From the IMG/VR virus record IMGVR_UViG_3300014656_000102, positions 1-28,143 of that record: a DNA stretch of 28,143 nucleotides. One strand, written 5' to 3'. This DNA comes from a virus. Taxonomy: Duplodnaviria > Caudoviricetes. A model generated the notes under the pieces. That model saw nothing but the letters and a program-made list of their open reading frames with translations, made no database searches and was not told the DNA's origin. The translations under genes were made by a program, and so were the position numbers. Positions 1-6,805 of the stretch are shown one piece after another; position 1 is the first letter of the stretch, and every line of letters begins with the position of its first letter.

Positions 1-37
1 CCTTTATTCACACGGGCGCAAATTGAAAGTAGGGTAG

Positions 38-571
38 GTGAAACAAATGGAAATCGAAATCAAAACCATAAAGCTGGACGATATCAAACTAAACCCGGAT
101 AACCCGCGCACTATAACCGGGAAGGCGATGAAAAACCTTGTTAAATCGTTAAAAGAGTTCCCGGACATGCTTGAATTGCGTGAAATCGTAGTTGATGAAA
201 CGATGACCGTGATGGGCGGGAATATGCGGTTACTCGCTTTGCAAAAAACTTCCGCAAAGGACTGCACGGTTAAGATCGTGTCTAGGTTGACACCGGAACA
301 AAAGCGCGAGTTTATTATTAAAGATAACGCTGGCTTTGGGGAGTGGGATTTTGACGCTTTGGCGAATGGTTGGGACGATTTGCCGCTTGTCGATTGGGGT
401 GTCGATTTTCCGAAGGCCTGGGGAAGTGATTCAGGCAAGGATGGTGTTGGCGAGCTTACGCTTGAACAAAAGTTTATGATTGTTATTGAGTGCGACGGAG
501 AAGAGCAGCAAATTGAACTTTTAACAAAATTTCAAGGGGAGAATTTAAATTGCAAAGCGTTGATATCGTAA
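38..571 (+). CDS. ParB/Srx-like N-terminal domain protein (packaging-associated)
   Basis: N-terminus IKLNPDNPRTI...LVKSLKEF...IVVDE...MGGNMRLLALQ...FIIKDN...GEWD matches the ParB N-terminal pattern common upstream of phage terminases. The start could be GTG 38 or ATG 47. Confidence 0.85.
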   Translation: MKQMEIEIKTIKLDDIKLNPDNPRTITGKAMKNLVKSLKEFPDMLELREIVVDETMTVMGGNMRLLALQKTSAKDCTVKIVSRLTPEQKREFIIKDNAGFGEWDFDALANGWDDLPLVDWGVDFPKAWGSDSGKDGVGELTLEQKFMIVIECDGEEQQIELLTKFQGENLNCKALIS

Positions 572-1689
572 GAGAATCGACCATTGAACGAACTCCGAGA
601 GTTTTGCAGCTCGAAGGAATGTTTGATATCCCTCCGACAAAAAAGAGCGCTGAGACTTGGCATGTGGAGTTGCCTATCGATGAAAAGCCGTGGAACATCG
701 GATTGATCGTCGGGCCGTCTGGATCGGGGAAGACGACGATAATTAACGAGTTGTTCCCAGAGCATATTGCAAACCGTTTCGATTGGCCTAAAAAGAAATC
801 AGTGCTTGATGGTTTTCCGGCAACAATGGGTATTAAAGATATATCGGCCTTGCTTAATTCGGTTGGTTTTTCTTCGCCTCCGTCTTGGTTCAGACCATTC
901 CATGTGCTTTCCAACGGTGAAAAGTTCAGGGTTCACATTGCACGGGCACTGGCAGAAAGCAAAGATTTGTGTGTGATCGATGAATTTACATCCGTTGTCG
1001 ATAGGACGGTTGCAAAAATTGGAAGTTCTGCGGTTGCAAAGACGGTGCGGAGATATGGCAAAAAACTAATTGCGGCATCATGCCATTACGACATTGAAGA
1101 CTGGTTGCAACCGGATTGGGTATACCGGCCGATTGAAAACGCTTTTGAATGGAGGTTACTTCGGCGGCGACCGGAAATCAAGCTCGACATCTGCCGGGTG
1201 CGCTATAATGCTTGGCAGTATTTCAAACGCTATCACTATTTAACGGCGGATTTAAACAAAGCGGCACAATGTTTTGTGGCTTTTTATGATGGGTTGCCGG
1301 TGGCGTTTTATTCATATCTTCAATTTGTGAACAATCGACTCAAGCGGACAAAGCGCGGGCATCGGATGGTTTGCTTGCCAGATTACCAGGGGGTCGGGAT
1401 CGGAATAAAATTGGAGGAATATATCGCCTCATGTTTAAAGGCGATTGGTTGGGATTATATAGGCTCATCGGCGCACCCGGTTAGAAACCACTACTGCGCG
1501 AAGTCGCCGCTATGGAGAATGATTTCAAAACCGGCTATAAACATAAATAAAAACAGAGGCAAAAAGGGAACACCGTCGATGGGGGGTGGGAATTATAGAC
1601 AGTATCTTGGACGGATGATCGCAACTTTTCGATATATCGGACCACCCGCCCCGGTTGAGGATGCGCGACGGATTATCGCGCATAGTTGA
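550..1689 (+). CDS. ABC-type ATPase fused to a C-terminal GNAT (Mom-like) acetyltransferase domain
   Basis: Walker A GPSGSGKTT, ABC signature LSNGEKFR, Walker B CVIDEFTS and H-loop SCH. The C-terminal part has YHYL and the acetyl-CoA motif RMVCLPDYQGVGIG. TTG start overlaps the ParB gene, with GGGGAG upstream. Confidence 0.85.
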   Translation: MQSVDIVRESTIERTPRVLQLEGMFDIPPTKKSAETWHVELPIDEKPWNIGLIVGPSGSGKTTIINELFPEHIANRFDWPKKKSVLDGFPATMGIKDISALLNSVGFSSPPSWFRPFHVLSNGEKFRVHIARALAESKDLCVIDEFTSVVDRTVAKIGSSAVAKTVRRYGKKLIAASCHYDIEDWLQPDWVYRPIENAFEWRLLRRRPEIKLDICRVRYNAWQYFKRYHYLTADLNKAAQCFVAFYDGLPVAFYSYLQFVNNRLKRTKRGHRMVCLPDYQGVGIGIKLEEYIASCLKAIGWDYIGSSAHPVRNHYCAKSPLWRMISKPAININKNRGKKGTPSMGGGNYRQYLGRMIATFRYIGPPAPVEDARRIIAHS

Positions 1690-1927
1690 TTGTTTTGAGG
1701 ATTTTGCCGAGATGAATTTCATACCGCCCATTTTTAACGATGCCGAGGCACTCTACCTGCATGAGCGGGGAGTCGGCCCGGTATCCGTTGCGGAAATGGA
1801 TTTCGGAAAACTGATGGCCATCAAGCCGTCTTTCCCAATACGGTTTGATTTCCCGATATTCGATTTTTTTGATACCGGATGCGACCTCGTCGAACCATTG
1901 GCGATGGAGAGTTAAATGCAAAACCAT
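1673..1927 (-). CDS. ASCH-domain protein
   Basis: LHLTLHRQWFDEVASGIKKIEYRE contains the GxKxxExR ASCH motif, followed by IHFRNGY. It overlaps the 3' end of the ABC-GNAT gene convergently. Confidence 0.8.
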   Translation of the reverse strand: MVLHLTLHRQWFDEVASGIKKIEYREIKPYWERRLDGHQFSEIHFRNGYRADSPLMQVECLGIVKNGRYEIHLGKILKTINYAR

Positions 1928-1930
1928 AAT

Positions 1931-2068
1931 TTATTCCTTCATCCATTTTTTAAGGAGTTCAAGAATTTTGTCTTTGACCGTGGTCTTTTCTTCCAGTGCC
2001 TTGATTTTGATTTGATGCCAAAGCTCCGGGTCGTTGTGCTCCAAAATATACGTTTTTTTCTTCGCCAT
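1931..2068 (-). CDS. small ribbon-helix-helix (Arc/CopG-like) DNA-binding protein, 45 aa (not in ORF track)
   Basis: Hand translation MAKKKTYILEHNDPELWHQIKIKALEEKTTVKDKILELLKKWMKE* shows a beta strand plus two helices. AGGGAG RBS upstream; the stop lies 3 nt before the ASCH start. Confidence 0.7.
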   Translation of the reverse strand: MAKKKTYILEHNDPELWHQIKIKALEEKTTVKDKILELLKKWMKE

Positions 2069-2195
2069 TTTTGTATTCTCCCTTTAGAATTTTGCCACAG
2101 TCACAACAGCCTACACACAAAATTGGTTTCGCGTATTCATCTTTTACGAACCATTAATATAATCGCCTGGGTGGATGCTTGCATTTCTTTTCCAT
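1959..2195 (-). pseudogene. small Cys-rich ORF interrupted by an in-frame TAA
   Basis: ATG at 2195 with a GGAG RBS reads MEKKCKHPPRRLY*WFVKDEYAKPILCVGCCDCGKILKGEYK..., with the stop at 2154-2156. Protein-like Cys motifs continue in the same frame past the stop. Confidence 0.4.
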
Positions 2196-2208
2196 TGTTT
2201 CACTCCAT

Positions 2209-2245
2209 AAAAAAACGGCTTCCGGATTTTAACCCGGAAGCCGTT
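2209..2245 (-). terminator. Rho-independent terminator
   Basis: Perfect 12-bp inverted repeat AACGGCTTCCGG (2214-2225) / CCGGAAGCCGTT (2234-2245). The flanking A-run reads as a U-tract on the minus strand, just downstream of ORF 2273-2647. Confidence 0.8.
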
Positions 2246-2272
2246 GCGTTGCTGGTAGAGCGGGGCGGTGGC

Positions 2273-2647
2273 TTATACGTTCAGAAGTTTTCCGATTTGA
2301 TCAATCAGGTCGGGATTTTTGCATTTATTGATTGCATCTCGTACCTGGCGGATGCGTTTTTGGATTGCTTGGGTATCAAGCAATTCCTCTACGTATTCCG
2401 CTTCATCTTCTTCGTCGAGTTCCCACTCGTGTCCCGACACAAACGCGGGGACATCCTCAATCGGTGTGATTTCGTCTGGGCCGAGCCCAGAAGACCAGTG
2501 GCCGAACCACAAATAATGAGTATTATCGCGTTTATCCAACATGATCCGGTTGTAAACGCCATAACAATCGTTGGAGTTACCTTCGCGGGCGACTACACAT
2601 TCCATTTTTTTTGTGTCGCGCACTTTACCATCGATAAGTTTTCTCAT
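2273..2647 (-). CDS. hypothetical protein (124 aa)
   Basis: GAGGTG RBS, protein-like composition, phage-typical start MRKLIDGKVRDT, and a terminator downstream. Confidence 0.7.
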   Translation of the reverse strand: MRKLIDGKVRDTKKMECVVAREGNSNDCYGVYNRIMLDKRDNTHYLWFGHWSSGLGPDEITPIEDVPAFVSGHEWELDEEDEAEYVEELLDTQAIQKRIRQVRDAINKCKNPDLIDQIGKLLNV

Positions 2648-2895
2648 TTTTCACCTCTTTCTTTGCCCCATATTGGGGCGGTGATTGGGTTGTGGTTTGT
2701 CCCGCGACAATCGCGGGATTGATTATGGTATATATTATATAATAGATATAATACAAGGTCAAATGCTATGACGGGCGGTTGTGGACGATTGCGGGTGATT
2801 ATGGTAAAATATAATAAAATAACGCTTAAAATCTAATATGTTTGGATATTTTTGGCTAATATTGGCTAAAACCTAAAAGACGGGAGGGATTTATT
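2648..2895. promoter_or_regulatory. AT-rich divergent promoter region
   Basis: Non-coding gap between divergent genes with several TATAAT/TAAAAT hexamers, a direct repeat TGATTATGGTA (2720-2730, 2796-2806) and an inverted repeat TCCCGCGA-caa-TCGCGGGA (2700-2718). Confidence 0.5.
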
Positions 2896-3297
2896 ATGAT
2901 GAAAAATCAAGCGGAACTCATAGAACGGTTAAGAAAAACACTCGGACTTGAGAAATATTTCACGGACAGAGACATTTTGGAATATACCAAAGGATCTTTT
3001 TTGCGTCAACGGACTGAGCTTGGCGTGGCACTTAGCCAGCTATGGAAAGAAATTTGCAAGGTATTCGGATTCAATCCCGTCGTTATTCTTTTATTGTTTT
3101 TGGTGTTATCATGTGCCGGGCCGTCAATGACCGGCGATCCATGGCAAGGCCTGACGCCTGAGACGTATGCAGACAAGGTGATGGATAACCCGGATCCGGA
3201 GAAGATCGCGGAGCAGGAAGCGGATGAAGTGGTTTCCGACGTGCTCAAGGAAGTGCCGGGCCTTGTGATGCGGGCCTTATTTTGGGGGGTGTTCTAA
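2896..3297 (+). CDS. hypothetical protein with an internal hydrophobic segment
   Basis: GGGAGG RBS; segment VVILLLFLVLSC; the stop overlaps the terS start (TAATG). Confidence 0.6.
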   Translation: MMKNQAELIERLRKTLGLEKYFTDRDILEYTKGSFLRQRTELGVALSQLWKEICKVFGFNPVVILLLFLVLSCAGPSMTGDPWQGLTPETYADKVMDNPDPEKIAEQEADEVVSDVLKEVPGLVMRALFWGVF

Positions 3298-3773
3298 TGG
3301 CGAAGCCTGGGCCGAGGACAAGGCCGACAAAACTAAAACTGTTACAGGGCAACCCGGGCCGGCGGCCATTACCGAAAAATGAGCCGAAACCGGAGAAGGC
3401 CGAAACTTTACCGAAGGCGCCGAAATTTTTGGACGCGATAGCAAAAAAGGAATGGCGCCGGATGGCCAGGCAGTTGTATGTGCTCGGCCTTTTAACGAAT
3501 CTCGACATAACGGCGCTGGCGGCGTATTGTACAAATTATTCTTTATGGGTGGCGGCGACATTGCAGATACAAAAGTCGGGGGTGTTAATCAAGGCGCAAT
3601 CTGGTTTCCCGATGCAGTCGCCATACCTGGCAATCGCAAACAAAAATCAAGGTGAAATGCGGAAGTGGCTGGTTGAGTTTGGCATGACTCCGAGCAGTCG
3701 AGCGGGGTTGGATTTCGATGGGCCGAAACCTCAGAGCAAGACGGATGCGTTTAGGGCCAGGGTGAAAGGGTAG
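3297..3773 (+). CDS. terS: terminase small subunit (P27 family)
   Basis: PTKLKLLQGNPGRRPL...AKKEW...DITALAAYC...QSPYLAI...EFGMTPSSR is the P27-family pattern. ATG 3297 is preferred over the TTG at 3282. Confidence 0.95.
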   Translation: MAKPGPRTRPTKLKLLQGNPGRRPLPKNEPKPEKAETLPKAPKFLDAIAKKEWRRMARQLYVLGLLTNLDITALAAYCTNYSLWVAATLQIQKSGVLIKAQSGFPMQSPYLAIANKNQGEMRKWLVEFGMTPSSRAGLDFDGPKPQSKTDAFRARVKG

Positions 3774-3776
3774 CGG

Positions 3777-5570
3777 ATGCCGAAAAAGCCAAAAAAGAAA
3801 CCCGAACTGCATCCGGTGACGCAGTACGCCACGGACATTTGCGCGGGGGTTATCATTGCAAACAAGTGGGTTCGCCTCGCGTGCCGTCGTCATTTGGACG
3901 ATTTAAAGACCGGCAAAAAGCGCGGTCTATATTTTGATGAGGCGGCGGCAGACAAGGTGATCGATTTTTTCCCGTCCTTCCTCTGCTTTTACGAGGGGGC
4001 TTTCGATGGCCAGCCATTTGTTTTAACTCCTCATCAACAATTTATAGTTGGCAGCATCTTCGGTTGGAAGCGGATACGGGACGGGTACAGGCGGTTTAGG
4101 ACCGCGTATGTCGAGGAAGCGAAGGGCAATGGCAAAAGTCCTTTGGCTGGTGGAATTGGGCTTTATGGTCTCGGGTTTGATGATGAGCCCGGTAGTGAGA
4201 TTTATGCAGCGGCTACAACCAGGGAGCAGGCAGGTATCCTTTTCCGCGACGCTCGACTGTTCGCAGGCGGATCGGAAGACCTGAAAACCGAATTTATAAT
4301 CGGGCAGCACAATATCGCGTATGTTCCCGGGAACTCATTCTTTCGGCCGGTATCGTCAGAGCATCGAGGCCTTGACGGCAAAAAACCTCACATTTGCCTA
4401 ATAGACGAAATCCACGAGCACCCAAACGATTTAGTTGTCAGAAAAATGAGCGCAGGTACGAAAACGCGGCGCCAGGCGTTGATATTTGAGATCACGAATG
4501 CCGGGTACGACCGGCAATCGATTTGTTTTCAGCATCACGAATATACAGAGAAAATCCTTGAGGGTACGCTGACAGATGATGCGTGGTTCGGGATCATGAC
4601 CGGGCTGGACGTGTGTGCAGCGTGCGAGGCGGACGGCAAGACGATACCTCAGGACGGGTGCCCGGATTGTGACGATTGGCGCGACCCGTCGACCTGGGAG
4701 AAAGCGAATCCGAATCTGCACTATCTCGGGGCGCCATTTATGGATTACCTGAAAAGACAAGTGGCGCAAGCGCAGGCGATGCCGTCAGAGGAGAACATTG
4801 TCAAGAGGCTAAATTTTTGTATTTGGACGGAATCGATCACGAAATGGATACCGTCGGACAAGTGGAACGCCTGCGCATTTCAGGTTGATGCGGAGGCGTT
4901 AAAGGACCGGACGTGTTACGGTGGCCTTGACCTATCGACAAATATCGATTTAACGGCCTGGGTGCTGGTGTTCCCGCCGGTTGACGATGATGGCAGGTAC
5001 GAGATCCTTTGCCGGTTTTTTTTGCCTCAAAACAATATGCGGGAGCGTGTTGCCCGCGATAAGGTGCCGTATGACGTGTGGGCGCGGCAGGGTTTTATCA
5101 CTTTGACACCGGGAAACCTCATTGATTATGCGTTTATTTTGGCGCAGATTAAACAGGACTCGGATGATTTCCATATCGCGGAATTGGCTTTTGATCGGTG
5201 GGGATCGGAGAAAATAACGACCGATTTGCAGGACCTGGGATTTGAAATTGACGGCAAAAAATCGCTTGTGCAGTTCGGCCAGGGGTACGCTTCCATGAAC
5301 GCGCCTACGAAAGACGTTGAAAAAATGGTGATCGGTAAAGAATTGGCGCATGGCGGGAACCCGGTTTTGACATGGATGGTGTCAAACGTGGCGATCAAGA
5401 TGGACCCGGCGGGGAACCAGAAACCGGACAAGGAGAAATCGACCGAACGCATAGACGGCGCGGTCGCTTTAATTATGGCAATGGCGCGGGCATTGCTCAA
5501 GGGCGGACCTGTTAAATCAGCATACGACGGAATGGATTCTGACCAGATTTCTGAGCGCATGCGGCTTTAA
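3777..5570 (+). CDS. terL: terminase large subunit (HK97-like)
   Basis: Walker A AKGNGKS, Walker B IDEIHEH, ITNAG, WEKANP, and nuclease motifs GGLDLS and IDGAVA. Confidence 0.97.
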   Translation: MPKKPKKKPELHPVTQYATDICAGVIIANKWVRLACRRHLDDLKTGKKRGLYFDEAAADKVIDFFPSFLCFYEGAFDGQPFVLTPHQQFIVGSIFGWKRIRDGYRRFRTAYVEEAKGNGKSPLAGGIGLYGLGFDDEPGSEIYAAATTREQAGILFRDARLFAGGSEDLKTEFIIGQHNIAYVPGNSFFRPVSSEHRGLDGKKPHICLIDEIHEHPNDLVVRKMSAGTKTRRQALIFEITNAGYDRQSICFQHHEYTEKILEGTLTDDAWFGIMTGLDVCAACEADGKTIPQDGCPDCDDWRDPSTWEKANPNLHYLGAPFMDYLKRQVAQAQAMPSEENIVKRLNFCIWTESITKWIPSDKWNACAFQVDAEALKDRTCYGGLDLSTNIDLTAWVLVFPPVDDDGRYEILCRFFLPQNNMRERVARDKVPYDVWARQGFITLTPGNLIDYAFILAQIKQDSDDFHIAELAFDRWGSEKITTDLQDLGFEIDGKKSLVQFGQGYASMNAPTKDVEKMVIGKELAHGGNPVLTWMVSNVAIKMDPAGNQKPDKEKSTERIDGAVALIMAMARALLKGGPVKSAYDGMDSDQISERMRL

Positions 5571-5589
5571 TACCTCAGGGCGGAAAAAA

Positions 5590-6348
5590 ATGAAGGAACC
5601 ACGGAAGTTTATAATTTACAAAGTGACAAATCAGTTGAATGGAAAAATCTATATCGGGCAGACCGCCAGAACACTTAAAGACCGCGAATATTACCACATT
5701 CGCGATACATTTATTAATAATAGCAAGTGTGCAATTCACAACGCTATCAGGAAGTATGGCTTGGAAAACTTTAAATTTAAAACACTTTTCCATTGTACTT
5801 CAAAAGCGGATATGGATAAAAAAGAAAAAGAAATGATCACATCTATGCAATCCAAAGGACCGGGAGGATATAATTTGACAGATGGCGGAGAAGGATCTTT
5901 TGGGTTTAAGCATACTGAGGAATCAAAGGCAAAGGTAAGGTTAGCCAACCTGGGCCGAAAAATGTCGAAAGAAGAAATAGAAAAAAGAAAAAAATCTCAT
6001 TCGCACAAAAAAATGAGCGCAGAACACAAGGAAAGACTCATTAAAATCAGCAGAAATCGAAAAATGACAGACGAACAAAAGGCTAAAATGTCACGATTGG
6101 GGAAAAAGCATTCAATAGAGACAAGGACCAAGATGAGCAAATCTCACAAAGGGAAGCGGCCAAATCTTGGAAAAAAGGCTACTATTGAAACAAGATTAAA
6201 ATTAAGTGTAGCGCACAAAGGGCACCGACGCAATTTGGGAAGCAAGCGGTCAGATGAAATAAAAGCAAAAATGAGTTTAGCCCAGCTCTTACGATTTAAA
6301 AAAGAAAAAGAATTAGCCGATGAGATCAAGGAAAGGATGGCGATATGA
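5590..6348 (+). CDS. free-standing GIY-YIG homing endonuclease with NUMOD3 repeats
   Basis: IIYKVTN..NGKIYIGQT, AIRKYG.ENF, GYNLTDGGEG, then repeated HTEESKAKV / HSIETRTKMS / SDEIKAKMS motifs. More A-rich than terL. Confidence 0.93.
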   Translation: MKEPRKFIIYKVTNQLNGKIYIGQTARTLKDREYYHIRDTFINNSKCAIHNAIRKYGLENFKFKTLFHCTSKADMDKKEKEMITSMQSKGPGGYNLTDGGEGSFGFKHTEESKAKVRLANLGRKMSKEEIEKRKKSHSHKKMSAEHKERLIKISRNRKMTDEQKAKMSRLGKKHSIETRTKMSKSHKGKRPNLGKKATIETRLKLSVAHKGHRRNLGSKRSDEIKAKMSLAQLLRFKKEKELADEIKERMAI

Positions 6349-6698
6349 AAAGGGAAGAAATGCTTAAAAAAAAGAGAGGCCGACCAGCGAAATCGATGAT
6401 AGAGGAAAAGAACCACGAACCGGAACAACTGGAAGAAAGACCGCAGGACGAAGCATCTCCGCCGCTTGTGCCTGATGATCCGCAAGAAGCGGTTGACGAC
6501 TCAGAATTGATCAGAAAAGACCTGTTCCGTGTCGATGAGGTCGCGACATATTTTTCAGTTTCGGAGCGCTGCATTCGATTATGGATCGATCATGGTCACT
6601 TCTGCACCGAAAAATTACACGGCTCAATAAGGGTCACAAGGCAATCGATTTTAGATTTTAGGCTAAGATCGCGGGAAGGATTTCATAAATTTTCATAA
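6345..6698 (+). CDS. helix-turn-helix (excisionase/MerR-like) DNA-binding protein with an AT-hook-like motif
   Basis: C-terminal LFRVDEVATYFSVSERCIRLWIDHG...IRV and N-terminal KKRGRP; ATGA overlap with the endonuclease stop. Confidence 0.8.
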   Translation: MKREEMLKKKRGRPAKSMIEEKNHEPEQLEERPQDEASPPLVPDDPQEAVDDSELIRKDLFRVDEVATYFSVSERCIRLWIDHGHFCTEKLHGSIRVTRQSILDFRLRSREGFHKFS

Positions 6699-6715
6699 AT
6701 TTTCATAAATTTTCA
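6681..6715. repeat. perfect 10-bp tandem repeat (TTTCATAAAT) x3.5
   Basis: Read directly at 6681-6690, 6691-6700, 6701-6710, plus TTTCA. Confidence 0.95.
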
Positions 6716-6735
6716 CTGTTTTATCTCACCCTGCC

Positions 6736-6765
6736 TTTACAGCCACGATTTTAACGCCTCATAAT
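6736..6765 (+). promoter_or_regulatory. putative sigma70-type promoter for the head operon
   Basis: TTTACA (6736-6741), 18-bp spacer, CATAAT (6760-6765), upstream of the portal start. Confidence 0.4.
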
Positions 6766-6805
6766 ATCCCAAAAGCAGTTTTATCTGACTTACGGGAAAT
6801 ATTAT

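Noticed and set aside
550-1689. ABC transporter
   Set aside because: There is no permease or binding-protein gene, and the ATPase is fused to a GNAT domain in a phage packaging context.
2154-2156. Stop-codon reassignment
   Set aside because: This is a single case; TAA, TGA and TAG all terminate clearly intact genes elsewhere in the window.
1916-2722. 268-aa plus-strand ORF
   Set aside because: It is the antisense shadow of minus-strand genes that have RBSs, recognisable motifs and a terminator. Its Phe/Leu-rich sequence is what the reverse complement of Lys/Glu-rich genes produces.
6681-6715. CRISPR array
   Set aside because: The repeats are 10 bp and contiguous with no spacers, and no cas genes are present.
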